Source of the DNA: Planctomycetaceae bacterium
Lineage (GTDB): Bacteria > Planctomycetota > Planctomycetia > Planctomycetales > Planctomycetaceae
DNA: 64,000 bases
Direction: 5' to 3'
NCBI GenBank assembly: GCA_020638955.1
Contig: JACKHO010000007.1
Coordinates: forward strand, 246,745-310,744
In this document: piece after piece, positions 1-9,611 of the stretch
Numbering within the stretch: position 1 is the first letter of the stretch
Layout: every line of letters starts with the position of its first letter
Program-made: the position numbers and the translations under genes
The notes under the pieces: model-generated
Told to the model about the DNA's origin: nothing
Seen by the model: the letters and a program-made list of their open reading frames with translations, nothing else
Databases searched by the model: none

Positions 1-269
1 AGTTCCTGCAGCTTCGCTTTTTGCTCATCCGAGAGATTCAGTTCACCCTGAACGGCTTCGTCCCGAACTTCCCGGCCCATGGATGTGCCGCCGCGGCCAA
101 AGCCAATTGGTCCGCCAAAACCACGACCGCCGAATCCACCTGGACCGCCAGGACCACCCGGAGGGCCACCGCGTCCTCGACCACCGCCATCAGGTTGGGC
201 CATGAGTTGACCGCCAAGCATTGTGCAGGCCAATGCGAACAGCAGAATGTGTTTCCGAAGTGCATACAT
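1..269 (-). CDS. Partial (C-terminus runs off the window start) secreted Gly/Pro-rich protein with an LTXXQ-like motif. It may be a Spy/CpxP-family periplasmic protein.
   Basis: Reverse-strand ATG at 267-269. Translation MYALRKHILLFALACTMLGGQLMAQ is a signal peptide, followed by GGRGRGGPPGGPGGPGGFGGRGFGG and then LNLSDEQKAKLQEL (L-S-x-x-Q). There is no stop before position 1, so the ORF track did not list it. Confidence 0.5.
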   Translation of the reverse strand, partial: MYALRKHILLFALACTMLGGQLMAQPDGGGRGRGGPPGGPGGPGGFGGRGFGGPIGFGRGGTSMGREVRDEAVQGELNLSDEQKAKLQE

Positions 270-549
270 GGAAGCGGTAACCTGCGTGAAATTACTGGAA
301 CAACTCAATTGTTTCGCCGGATTTGTGATTCGAAAACCGCATTTTGACGAAACCTGACAGAAGGCAAGGGGTTAATCCCTTGAGGAAGGGAATGCAGACG
401 CACATCACATTGGGTCGGCTGTCCAGCAGTTTAAAACCCCGCTGGACTTATTAAGGACCGAAGAAAATGGGCGACTTGCTTAGAACTTACCTCGGGCGCA
501 TGATATGGGTGTCGTTTCGGTTGTACCGGGTTTGAGAATTGGGGCAGTC

Positions 550-1560
550 ATGCCGTATCGCAAAGCAGCTCAACACTTTGTATTCATTACACTTGCGACG
601 TGCCTCTTCTATTCTGAAGCATTCGCCCAGCGGGGGGGATTCTCGCCGGACGAAATGTTTCGCCGGATGGATTCCAACAACGACGGGGTCATTACGGCCA
701 ATGAAACCGAGCGGCTCCCCAGCTTCATGCGGGACGAATTCAAGAATAACGGCCTGGATTTCAATCGAGGCGTCCGACGCGACGAGTTTGAACGTTCGGC
801 CGAGAAAGTGTTTACGACAATCCGGGAACGATTCAGCCGAGGTGGACCTCCGGGTGGACCAGGTGGCCCCCCAGGATCACCAGGCGGACCTCCAGGACGT
901 GGGCCTGATCCAAGGTCCTCAGATGACCGTCGTCGCGAAGATGACCGACGCAGAGAAGAGGATCGACGTCGCGAGGAAGAGAGACGCCGCGAAGAGGATC
1001 GCAGTCGTACTTCGCGCCCGAGTTCCCAACGCGTTGTCGCAAAATCTGATCGAATTACCGTCGACCTGCAGAGCAGCTTCACCGCAGGGGACGCTGATGG
1101 CGATGGCCAAATCGCCTTCTATGAATGGCGAAAGTGGAAACCAACGGAATTGCGTGAATTCCTGCGAATGGACGCGAATCACGACGGCTTCCTGACTCCC
1201 AAGGAAATCAAATACGCGGAAGCGGCCCCGGTTGTGTCGAGTACCCCGACAGGTCAGCCAGCCGCGCCTGTTCCAAGTTCGGCGACGGCAACTCCACAAC
1301 CGACAACTCCCGTTTCGACGAGTCCGCCATCAGTCTCAGCGAACCTGTCGGAAGATGATCGCAATTCCGTCGAAGGGAAACGCGCCACTTTCTATGTGGG
1401 CCGGCTGGACCAGAACAAGAATGGCACCATAGACCCCGACGAGTGGTCTATCAGCACAACCATTAAGCCACAGTTTGAGAAGGGTGGAGTCGACATCAGC
1501 AAACCAATGCCGAGCGACCTGTTCATCGCATACTACATCAAATTCAACCGCAAAGATTGA
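550..1560 (+). CDS. Secreted EF-hand calcium-binding protein with Gly/Pro, D/E/R and Pro/Thr low-complexity segments.
   Basis: Signal peptide MPYRKAAQHFVFITLATCLFYSEAFAQ. Four EF-hand loops: DSNNDGVITANE, DADGDGQIAFYE, DANHDGFLTPKE, DQNKNGTIDPDE. Also GGPPGGPGGPPGSPGGPPG and (DDRRRE/EDRRRE)n. I took the start at the internal Met of ORF 505..1560. Confidence 0.75.
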   Translation: MPYRKAAQHFVFITLATCLFYSEAFAQRGGFSPDEMFRRMDSNNDGVITANETERLPSFMRDEFKNNGLDFNRGVRRDEFERSAEKVFTTIRERFSRGGPPGGPGGPPGSPGGPPGRGPDPRSSDDRRREDDRRREEDRRREEERRREEDRSRTSRPSSQRVVAKSDRITVDLQSSFTAGDADGDGQIAFYEWRKWKPTELREFLRMDANHDGFLTPKEIKYAEAAPVVSSTPTGQPAAPVPSSATATPQPTTPVSTSPPSVSANLSEDDRNSVEGKRATFYVGRLDQNKNGTIDPDEWSISTTIKPQFEKGGVDISKPMPSDLFIAYYIKFNRKD

Positions 1561-1596
1561 CTTGTTAAACCTGCAGTGACCGCGAATTCGGCGCGG

Positions 1597-1962
1597 TTAC
1601 CAGAACCAGCCTCCAAACAGGCGTCTTAGAAACATCCGAAAACGCAGCCCGCCAAGGCGTTTCTCTGCTTCGCGGTCAAACTCGAATTGAGCGGCCGCCA
1701 GCTTTTCGCGGGCATCACCCTCCTGGCTCGTCCCACACTTTGCACAGAAGCTGACGCCGCCCTTTAACGGTGCGTCACAGACACGGCAAACCTCGTGGTC
1801 TTCCTCTTCCCCCAAGGCTGCCAATTCTCTTCTCACTGCTGCTGGAAGCTGAGTTGGCTTTCCACATAGCTGGCACTTGGGAGCACGCCCGCGCTTCATA
1901 ATACGAGACTTGGCGACCTTCTCGGCGTATCCGCAATCACTGCAGACGACACGAACTTGCAT
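1597..1962 (-). CDS. Zinc-ribbon protein with multiple CxxC pairs.
   Basis: CSDCG..CQLCG..CRVCD..CAKCG motifs in a 121-aa ORF. Confidence 0.5.
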   Translation of the reverse strand: MQVRVVCSDCGYAEKVAKSRIMKRGRAPKCQLCGKPTQLPAAVRRELAALGEEEDHEVCRVCDAPLKGGVSFCAKCGTSQEGDAREKLAAAQFEFDREAEKRLGGLRFRMFLRRLFGGWFW

Positions 1963-2219
1963 ACTGACCTCTTATTTGAAGTGCTTCCACTGGCAGATTC
2001 TGCCGAATCAGCCCCGCTGTCGACAAGTCCACCACGACCGCTGCCATCGGAAGCATCGGGAAATCCGGCATCCTGTGAACAATCGTTAGAGTTTGCCAAA
2101 TCCGCATACCGATACTACCGGCAGGTCCATGCCGTGCGCCCAATTCATTGGGGCGTTATGCATGCCCTGTTGAGGTGGACTTTCCCCCTCGCTGGCCCCC
2201 CCAGTTCAAGGATGTACTG

Positions 2220-3782
2220 ATGCGGATTCAGCCCTGGATCAAAACGGCAGTTGGTGCTGTGATATTAATGGCTGTCGGCACGTTTTCCGTTGTGCACGCG
2301 CAGGGTCCTGGTTTTCAGGCCCCCTACTCAACGAACCAGCCGCAGAACATTTACCCTCCCGGTCTGCTGCCACAAAATGCGGCTCCCTGGCCTATGGTCA
2401 GCCCGTACCAGTCGGCCAACATCGGCAGCGACACGACCTATCAAGGACGTGATGGGCTGTGGTATCGCCGTATTTTGAACCGCCGTACCGATTGGATCTT
2501 CTCACTCGAAGGCATTGCAATGCGCTATCGAGACGCAGGTGACGCCACGGTCGGTGCACCGTTTGCGGCACTTCGTACGGACAATGATCAACCACCCGGA
2601 TTCCCTGCGGACCCCTCGGTTGGTGAATTCCCGACCGTCTCAAACTTCACTCCGAACGTCGAAGGATTCTTCCTCGCCGATCCCCGAGTCTTTCCGATTC
2701 CGTTCCTCGATGCAGGTAACGGTGACTTCGACCAAAATGCCATTCGTTTTCGGCCCAGTTCCGGTGCCGCCCTCGGTGATCCAAACGTCGCCGGTGGTAT
2801 CAAAGGAACGACAGGGTTCTTTTCTGAAGACGGAACTGGTGTCATGCTCTCAGGTTTCTGGGCCGACACGGCTGGCGAAGTTTATCACCGCGGGACCGAC
2901 AATTTCTTCGGCGTGCCCATTACCCAGGCTGTGACAACTCAATACGGTGCTCAAAACCTTGCAGCCTATGGTGCTGTACCACTGAATAACGGCGAGTCAC
3001 CTCGTATTGAATTCGGTCCTGGTAGTACAGCGAAATATGACATCCTTTATCACACCGAGTTCTTCACTCAGTCGGCCGGTGCAAACGTCAGCTTCTATCT
3101 ACCGTCGGTCATTGACAGCGACGCAATTCAAATTCGCCCACTCTGGGGAGCACGATACCTGTACATCAACGAGTCCTTCGGATTCCGCGGAATCGACAGC
3201 GGTTTCACGTACGATCTGGCAGACGACACCTTCCGCCCCACTGGTGGTGCCATTGCTTACGATCAGTTTGAAGCAAACCTCCGCAACGAAATCCGTACCC
3301 AACTCGGTGGTCCTGAGGTTGGTTTCCGAATTGACCTGGCGACCAATCGCGACTCTTTCCACGTGTACACAGAGACAACGCTTGCCGTTGCTGCAAATTA
3401 CGAGAAAGCCAGCATGAGTGGACAGAACATTGGTGATCCACTCGTTGATATTCAAATCAACGGACTGGCGACTCCTCGCATGCTGGCACCAGGTGTTGAC
3501 ACACGATTCACCGACAAGCAAGACCGGACACACGTCTCACCCGTCTTCACACAGTCCGTTTTTGCAGACTTCGACCTGTTCAGCCTGCCACCGTTCACTC
3601 GGTTTGACCTGCTTGAGAACACCCGATTCAAAGTCGGTTACACTCTCATCTACGCAGGCAAAGTGGCCCGACCACTCGATTCGATCAACTGGCAGGGTTT
3701 CCCACTCACACCTGAAGTTTCGCTGTCGCATGAAAACTGGTGGGCTCATCAGTGGAGTGCCGGTATCGACTGGACCTTCTAG
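2220..3782 (+). CDS. Secreted beta-barrel outer-membrane protein, BBP7-like planctomycete porin family.
   Basis: Signal peptide MRIQPWIKTAVGAVILMAVGTFSVVHAQ. Gly/aromatic-rich, amphipathic beta-strand-like sequence. C-terminus ends ...GIDWTF with the aromatic terminal residue typical of outer-membrane barrels. Family assignment is from memory. Confidence 0.5.
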   Translation: MRIQPWIKTAVGAVILMAVGTFSVVHAQGPGFQAPYSTNQPQNIYPPGLLPQNAAPWPMVSPYQSANIGSDTTYQGRDGLWYRRILNRRTDWIFSLEGIAMRYRDAGDATVGAPFAALRTDNDQPPGFPADPSVGEFPTVSNFTPNVEGFFLADPRVFPIPFLDAGNGDFDQNAIRFRPSSGAALGDPNVAGGIKGTTGFFSEDGTGVMLSGFWADTAGEVYHRGTDNFFGVPITQAVTTQYGAQNLAAYGAVPLNNGESPRIEFGPGSTAKYDILYHTEFFTQSAGANVSFYLPSVIDSDAIQIRPLWGARYLYINESFGFRGIDSGFTYDLADDTFRPTGGAIAYDQFEANLRNEIRTQLGGPEVGFRIDLATNRDSFHVYTETTLAVAANYEKASMSGQNIGDPLVDIQINGLATPRMLAPGVDTRFTDKQDRTHVSPVFTQSVFADFDLFSLPPFTRFDLLENTRFKVGYTLIYAGKVARPLDSINWQGFPLTPEVSLSHENWWAHQWSAGIDWTF

Positions 3783-3811
3783 TCAGCACTTGCCAGAAAC
3801 AATTGCACTTC

Positions 3812-3858
3812 ACATCTCTCAATCCTGACTTTCAGGAATGAGAGATGTTTTCTTTTTT
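3812..3858 (+). terminator. Rho-independent terminator after the BBP7-like gene.
   Basis: Perfect 10-bp stem ACATCTCTCA / TGAGAGATGT (3812-3821 and 3839-3848), 17-nt loop, then TTTTCTTTTTT (3849-3858). Confidence 0.7.
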
Positions 3859-4315
3859 ACGCCACTACTCTGACGCGGAATGCGATCGAGGCCTTTAAGT
3901 GAAGCTGATTTGGGACTGCTTGCAGGCAATCCCAACGTTCAAGTCGCTGCAGCCTGGATCGACATTGCACTCACACTTAGGCCACTCGGCCAAGTAGCGA
4001 ACCAGGCCGCGGCACCTCCCGGGCAAGCCCCGACAATTGCTTGCACTCAAGCATTCTGACTTGTGAAGCAAAACACCTGACGTCGCCGAACGCCTCGGTA
4101 TCGCCACATGACCGTGATCACGGGAGTTGACGACGCCTGCTGTTGCCGTCTCAACAACTGCTGTTCGTACAAAAGAAACGAGGTCCCACTCTATGAAGGA
4201 GTGCGACCTCTTTGGATGTTGGTGAAGTCATCAGACAGTAGTCAACCAGCGGCTGGCGCGTAGCAGACATTGCAGTTTGTCATATTCTTCCAATGCGAAT
4301 TCGGAACGTCATTGG

Positions 4316-4786
4316 TTACTCCTTTGGTTCCGGTAAATGCTTTGCCACCGGAATGACATGGTGCCAGCGTGTCAGCGGAGTCATCTTGCCGTCCAATTGG
4401 TGAGTGTTCAGCCAAATCTCACCGCGCTCTGCCAGTTCGCGAAGAATGTGAACGCGGCCCCGTCTTTGACCGTTTTCCATTTCCCGCATTTCCATGGAAA
4501 CAACCAAGTCGGCGTAGTAGCCGCCATCAGCGTTCTTCTTCTGGGCTGGAATATAGAACTGTACTTCATCGAGCGGTTTCATCCGGCCTTCGTCTTGCAG
4601 AGTGAAGACCACAGTCACCCGCCCCGTACCGTGGTCTGTGACCTCGACCTCATACTGCAGCTTCAATTCCTCCTTGGATTCAGAGAGGGGAAAACCGATT
4701 GCATTTGCCTGCTGACAACTCCCTGCCACGACCACCAACGCCAGCAGCGAGGCACCCAGAGACTTCCAAATTCCCAACCAGTTCAT
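4316..4786 (-). CDS. Secreted hypothetical protein.
   Basis: ORF 4316..4831. The internal Met gives the signal peptide MNWLGIWKSLGASLLALVVVAGSCQQANA. Confidence 0.5.
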   Translation of the reverse strand: MNWLGIWKSLGASLLALVVVAGSCQQANAIGFPLSESKEELKLQYEVEVTDHGTGRVTVVFTLQDEGRMKPLDEVQFYIPAQKKNADGGYYADLVVSMEMREMENGQRRGRVHILRELAERGEIWLNTHQLDGKMTPLTRWHHVIPVAKHLPEPKE

Positions 4787-4936
4787 GGCACGTCCTCGAC
4801 TCGAAATAACAGTGAAGTGAGATTCCTTCACATGGTAGACGGATCAGCCGACAGATTCTTAGGGGCAATTTCGAATTGCTGGGTGATGCTGACCAATTTA
4901 GTACGACCGGCCTGATTTTCGATTCGAAAAGACTGG

Positions 4937-5004
4937 CCACAAAAAACACAAAAAGGCACGAAAATGAATCACACTGTTTTTGCGCCTTTTTGTGTTCTTT
5001 GTGG
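4937..5004 (-). terminator. Long A/T-rich inverted repeat that acts as a terminator for the upstream minus-strand GH88-like gene.
   Basis: Arms CCACAAAAAACACAAAAAGGC (4937-4957) and GCCTTTTTGTGTTCTTTGTGG (4984-5004) are complementary with one mismatch. On the minus strand the stem is followed by TCTTTTC. Confidence 0.5.
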
Positions 5005-5055
5005 CAACTCCTGTGGGGTAAATGTCTGACGCGAATTCCGATCAAGGCTCTGAGG

Positions 5056-6834
5056 TCACTTGGTTGCCGTCAGCGCTCGTTCCGTGGCGAACATTAACGC
5101 CATTGCGCCGCCGCGTTCGTCTTTGCCCCAGATTGCGGTGCGGTTGAGGTAGTCGTCGAGTGATTTCTGTTTGCCGGTGCCGGTGCAGACGTCCATGAGT
5201 TCGCCGTGGGCTCCCGTTCGGACTTTGACCGCTTGCCAGGCGCGGTCGACGGCTGTTTTGTACTTTTCATCAGTCAGCCAGCCACGGTCGAGGCTGCGCT
5301 GGAGGGCGAAGCCAATCATGCAGGTGGTAGTCATTTCTCGGTAGGCTCTGGGATCATCAATCACCTGTCGCCACATGCCGGTGACGTCCTGATCCTCCAG
5401 CAATGCCGACAAATGCTGCTCCAGCGCGTCGCGGAATTCTGTTCGCAACTCGCGGGCGACGGGATGCAGCTCCGCGCGGTCGGCGTTGGCCAGAATGGAG
5501 TCGAGGTCGGTCAATGAGAGGGCGAGACCGAGAGCCGGGAATCCGTTGCCGCGGCCCCAGGGTGCTTCGCACAGCGGTGAGTGTCGGTATATCCCGTCGT
5601 CACGCTGGCACAACTTCCGCATGAAGCGGAAGTGCCGCCCGGCCATGTCGAGGTATTTCTGCTCGCCGGTCAACTCCGCCGCGGCCGTGAGAATGGGACA
5701 CGCCATAAAGACCGCGTCGCTCATTTCATTGTGGGTGGGCATGGCTTCGAGCGGCTGCCCCTGGTCATCGAATCCACGGTCAGCCGCCGCCTGCACCAGT
5801 TTGATGGCTGCGGCATCTCCCGAATGTCGTGCCCACTCAGCAAACGCCAAATGTCCGGCATACTGACTGCCGTTCCCTAATCCTTTCAGTGCTTCCTTAT
5901 CCCCGGACAGATAAGGATTCAGAATGCGCTGAACCTGCTGCAGTTGTTCGTCATCATGCCGGGAAATCGCCCAGCGATGCCGCGAAAGGACTGCCAGCGC
6001 CGGCTGATACATAACGCTGTTAAGTTGATCGCCATACACGCTCAGAAGTTCGTCGACAACCTGTTCCGGCGTGCGGTCAATGCGGCGCTGGATTTCGATG
6101 CGTGCTTTGGATTGTGGCCCTTCAAGATTCAAGTCGTCTACCCACTTATGCTCCTGTGACCATGCCTGAACCGTGTTTCGATATTCGAGAGTTGCTTTTG
6201 TTCTTCGTAGTGGCATGGGCTTCCGGCTTACGAGCACGGCTCCTAAGCCTGCTAAACTACGTTGTGCTTCAACAGCAAATGAACCGGGATTCCACTCTAC
6301 GTTGGCCTCTTCTCCTGGAACAAACGCACGAGCAAACTCCTGGTAATCCTCCGACTTTTCATTGTGGTATTCCTTGATGATGTCGGGGCCGAACCAAGCC
6401 GCAAACCGCCAAATCGTCGAGGCAGTCACCTGGCCCGACGAGTTGTATGCATCGCCTTTCGGCGGAAACGTCAGCAATCGTGCACGGCCTGGATCGCCAG
6501 GAAGCATGTCGGGAGTAACCAAGACAACCGCACGTGCGGGGTGGGGGGGAGATCCATTATTTCGCAAGGCATCGAGGAGCGAAATCGTCTTGCACGCCCC
6601 TTGAAGCGCCTCTTCGTCGTCACCGACATCAATGTAATACAGATACCGCGTTTGCTCACGGTTGTACTCCCACGCCCCGGGATCAATCAACACCCGAAGC
6701 GGTTCCCCACGGTCGTCGCGACCAATGGTGAGGACATCGCCTTTCCATGACTGAATGGCTTGCTCCAAGACATCGTCCGCCATGAGTGGACTGAGCAAGC
6801 AGAGCCAACAAATAACTGCGAGGCGATAGGGCAT
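5056..6834 (-). CDS. Secreted six-hairpin glycosidase-like protein (GH88/GH105 family-like C-terminal domain) with an unknown N-terminal domain.
   Basis: Signal peptide MPYRLAVICWLCLLSPLMA. The C-terminal half contains APWGRGNGFPALGLA, which resembles the conserved RGNGW block of unsaturated glucuronyl/rhamnogalacturonyl hydrolases. Family call is from memory. Confidence 0.55.
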   Translation of the reverse strand: MPYRLAVICWLCLLSPLMADDVLEQAIQSWKGDVLTIGRDDRGEPLRVLIDPGAWEYNREQTRYLYYIDVGDDEEALQGACKTISLLDALRNNGSPPHPARAVVLVTPDMLPGDPGRARLLTFPPKGDAYNSSGQVTASTIWRFAAWFGPDIIKEYHNEKSEDYQEFARAFVPGEEANVEWNPGSFAVEAQRSLAGLGAVLVSRKPMPLRRTKATLEYRNTVQAWSQEHKWVDDLNLEGPQSKARIEIQRRIDRTPEQVVDELLSVYGDQLNSVMYQPALAVLSRHRWAISRHDDEQLQQVQRILNPYLSGDKEALKGLGNGSQYAGHLAFAEWARHSGDAAAIKLVQAAADRGFDDQGQPLEAMPTHNEMSDAVFMACPILTAAAELTGEQKYLDMAGRHFRFMRKLCQRDDGIYRHSPLCEAPWGRGNGFPALGLALSLTDLDSILANADRAELHPVARELRTEFRDALEQHLSALLEDQDVTGMWRQVIDDPRAYREMTTTCMIGFALQRSLDRGWLTDEKYKTAVDRAWQAVKVRTGAHGELMDVCTGTGKQKSLDDYLNRTAIWGKDERGGAMALMFATERALTATK

Positions 6835-6913
6835 AGCCGAAATCCAGTTTCGAGAATTCATTCTGCAAAGCACAGACAGGAATGATCTGTGCCACCTGAA
6901 ATTGAAGTGACGT

Positions 6914-8047
6914 TTACTTCGCGGGCTGTTTCGCCAGCTCATCAAGTTCCGACAGTTTGAGACGCTCACTCAAAATATACGGCGGCTCGCCTTGAGCCCA
7001 GTGGCCGTAGGTTGTCACCAGGAAGGTGCCGTCGGGCAGGATTTCGACGCCGGGATAAGCGGTGTCGTAACCGTTGGTGTTGTCCTTTAGACGGACGAAA
7101 TACTGGCCGGGCTTGTTTTCAACGAGGTCATCCCACGTGCCGACCCATGCGACCCAGTCCCCTTCGAATGGGCGTTCGCTCCGTTTGGCGGAGGGGGAAA
7201 TGCAGCGGAAGCTGATGAGCAGCCGACCATCAGGTCCGTACTTGCCTGTGTGACGATCACCCGTGAGGGAAAGCGGCACTTCGCGCGGTTCAGACCACGT
7301 GGCCCCTTCGTCGTCGGAGAAAATGATGTGCGAATTCTTACGGCGTGCATTCTCACGCAGCAACACGGCAAGGCGTTTTCCGTCCGGCGAGCGAATGCAT
7401 CCCGGCTCGCACAAATTGACCTCAGATGAATTGAAAACCGCTTCAGGATGCGACCACGTCAGCCCACCGTCTTTCGAGAATGTTTTGTAGAGGGTGAATC
7501 CCGCACCAGCGACGGGCTTGCCGGTGAAGAAGCGGCCGTCATCGTGGAACATGGCGAGGTAGTGTCCTTTGCCTGTCTTGAGCGGTTCGACAAATCCCAT
7601 GACGACAATCCCACCCCAGTCGCCGACCTGTTTCAACTCACTCCAGGTGCCACCATCGTCTTCCGTAACGGCCAGCCGGGCCGGGTAAAGTCCGGACCAC
7701 ATGATGATCCGTTTCTTCCCCTCAGCGTCGATAACGCGGTGGAGCGTGGGAACTTCTCTGCTGGTCGCCCACGACTCAGGAGTTGCGATGCGGTCACTCC
7801 AGTTGAGGCCACCGTCGTTGCTCCGCTTGTAAACAATCCCGCCCCGTCCATGCCCTTTGGGATAGACGCACAACACGGTTTTGCCGTCTTCCAGCAGGCA
7901 AGTTGTGGGATGCCCCAGGTACTGACCCGCTTCACGGTCCACAACCACCTGCCGGGCGGTGTCATTATCGAGGTCGATGAGCACCGGGTCGGCCCCCACG
8001 ACAGTTGCCGAAACAAACAGGAACGAAACCAGCCAAACAGAACGCAT
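6914..8047 (-). CDS. BNR-repeat sialidase-like glycoside hydrolase, secreted.
   Basis: Signal peptide MRSVWLVSFLFVSATVVGA. Four BNR motifs: SNDGGLNWS, TEDDGGTWS, SKDGGLTWS, SDDEGATWS. Confidence 0.75.
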   Translation of the reverse strand: MRSVWLVSFLFVSATVVGADPVLIDLDNDTARQVVVDREAGQYLGHPTTCLLEDGKTVLCVYPKGHGRGGIVYKRSNDGGLNWSDRIATPESWATSREVPTLHRVIDAEGKKRIIMWSGLYPARLAVTEDDGGTWSELKQVGDWGGIVVMGFVEPLKTGKGHYLAMFHDDGRFFTGKPVAGAGFTLYKTFSKDGGLTWSHPEAVFNSSEVNLCEPGCIRSPDGKRLAVLLRENARRKNSHIIFSDDEGATWSEPREVPLSLTGDRHTGKYGPDGRLLISFRCISPSAKRSERPFEGDWVAWVGTWDDLVENKPGQYFVRLKDNTNGYDTAYPGVEILPDGTFLVTTYGHWAQGEPPYILSERLKLSELDELAKQPAK

Positions 8048-8238
8048 GCTTCTCACCTTGCTGAAGTGACAGAGAATCCGAGTCTGATCGTAACCAATTG
8101 ACCATGCCCCGTGCACGGACCGCCGCAAACTTTCAGAGATTCGGTGTGGGCAGACTGATTGGTTTTCCAGTACAACAACGTGCACTCCTTAACCCAAAGT
8201 CACTGTTGCAGCGACTGTGGAGGAAGTCACCGCATTGT

Positions 8239-8348
8239 GGTGGGTTACGTCCGCTTGTCGCCCATCACCGAAACTTTGCCTCCTGATCTTGTTGGATGAC
8301 TTGCCTAACGCACTTTCCGATTTGACGCGAACTTCACCCACCCTACGA
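8239..8348 (+). repeat. Copy a of repeat family R1 (about 110 bp, bounded by GGTGGGTTACGTC ... ACTTCACCCACCCTACGA).
   Basis: Shares its terminal blocks and the internal block TTGC(C/G)TAACGCAC with 43962-44072. The 5' GGTGGGT is complementary to the 3' ACCCACC. It ends 18 nt upstream of the M28 peptidase ATG. Confidence 0.6.
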
Positions 8349-8365
8349 GCGAACGGATTACTCGA

Positions 8366-9598
8366 ATGAGAAGGAACGATCTGCGTTCCACATGTTGGTT
8401 GATACTGATTGCCGGCGTTTTGTTGATATGCAGGCAGTGTGGGATCACATGCGCTGATGAAGCCCGCCCGCCCGCACCGGCGACGCCAATTACTCTCATT
8501 GATTCAGCTATTCGCATTGCTGCCGACGACGTGCGACCGCACGTGCAGTTTCTGGCCAGCCCCGAATTGAAAGGTCGCGGACCGGAAGGGAAACCAGCAG
8601 CGCGTGAATACATCATTGCGCACTTTGAGAAACTGGGACTGAAACCGCTGTTTGACGGTGACTTTCTTCAGCCGCTCCCCGGCCAAGTCGATGAAAACGG
8701 TAATCCGACCTACGTCGGTGCCAACATTGGAGCCTATCTCCCGGCAGACAATGCTGCGGGAGCCAAAGAGTGGATTGTGCTGAACGCTCACTACGACCAT
8801 CTCGGCATTCGGAATGGTCGCATTTATCCCGGTGCTGACGACAACGCCTCGAGCATGTCGATGCTGCTGGAAACGGCACGGCAACTGGCCAATTTAAAGC
8901 AACGTCCCCAACGCAACATTGCCTTCGTCGCGTTTGATTTGGAGGAGCAACTCCTGTGGGGATCACGCTGGTTTGTCGCGCATCCTCCCTGCGAACCGGA
9001 GCAGATAAAATTCTGCATGACAGCCGACTTGCTGGGCCGTTCACTCGGCAACCTCCCCATGCGAACCGTGTTCATTATGGGTACGGAGCGAACACCTGAG
9101 TTTCGCAAGTACCTCACCGCGGCCAATCCCAGCGGCTCGCTTGAACTCGGTTTTCTAGGAGCCGACATGGTGGGCACGCGGAGCGACTACGGTCCGTTTC
9201 GCGACCAGGAAATTCCATTCCTCTTTTTCTCCACGGGCGAGCACCCCGACTATCACACACCGAATGACACACCGGACAAAATCGATTACGAGAAACTCGC
9301 CGAAATTTCGACAATCATGGCGCGCCTGTGTGCTCATCTAGGTGAACTGCCGGAAGTCCCAACGTGGAAGTCACCCGATCCCACTGATCCCATCGATGCG
9401 AAAACCATGAACCGCGTCACCGAGGCACTACTCAAGGCCGATGACACAGGTAAAATCCAGTTGAGTGGTTTTCATCGCACGTTTGTTTCGCAACTGCAGT
9501 CGAAAACTGGCGGTGCAATGCGGCGTGGCCGGATTTCGGCTGAAGAACGTGTCTGGCTCATTAGAGCCTCTCAATTCCTGTTGATTTCCGTATTCTGA
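8366..9598 (+). CDS. M28-family zinc peptidase (aminopeptidase-like), secreted.
   Basis: HYDHLG, GADDNASS, DLEEQ, SDYGPF and EHPDYHTPND metal-ligand blocks. N-terminal hydrophobic signal. Confidence 0.8.
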   Translation: MRRNDLRSTCWLILIAGVLLICRQCGITCADEARPPAPATPITLIDSAIRIAADDVRPHVQFLASPELKGRGPEGKPAAREYIIAHFEKLGLKPLFDGDFLQPLPGQVDENGNPTYVGANIGAYLPADNAAGAKEWIVLNAHYDHLGIRNGRIYPGADDNASSMSMLLETARQLANLKQRPQRNIAFVAFDLEEQLLWGSRWFVAHPPCEPEQIKFCMTADLLGRSLGNLPMRTVFIMGTERTPEFRKYLTAANPSGSLELGFLGADMVGTRSDYGPFRDQEIPFLFFSTGEHPDYHTPNDTPDKIDYEKLAEISTIMARLCAHLGELPEVPTWKSPDPTDPIDAKTMNRVTEALLKADDTGKIQLSGFHRTFVSQLQSKTGGAMRRGRISAEERVWLIRASQFLLISVF

Positions 9599-9611
9599 CC
9601 GCGAGTTCCCG

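Noticed and set aside
539-1195. 218-aa plus-strand ORF, together with ORFs 609..1082 and 919..1299 on the other strand.
   Set aside because: They are alternative frames of the EF-hand gene. Only the 505/550..1560 frame contains the signal peptide and the EF-hand loops.
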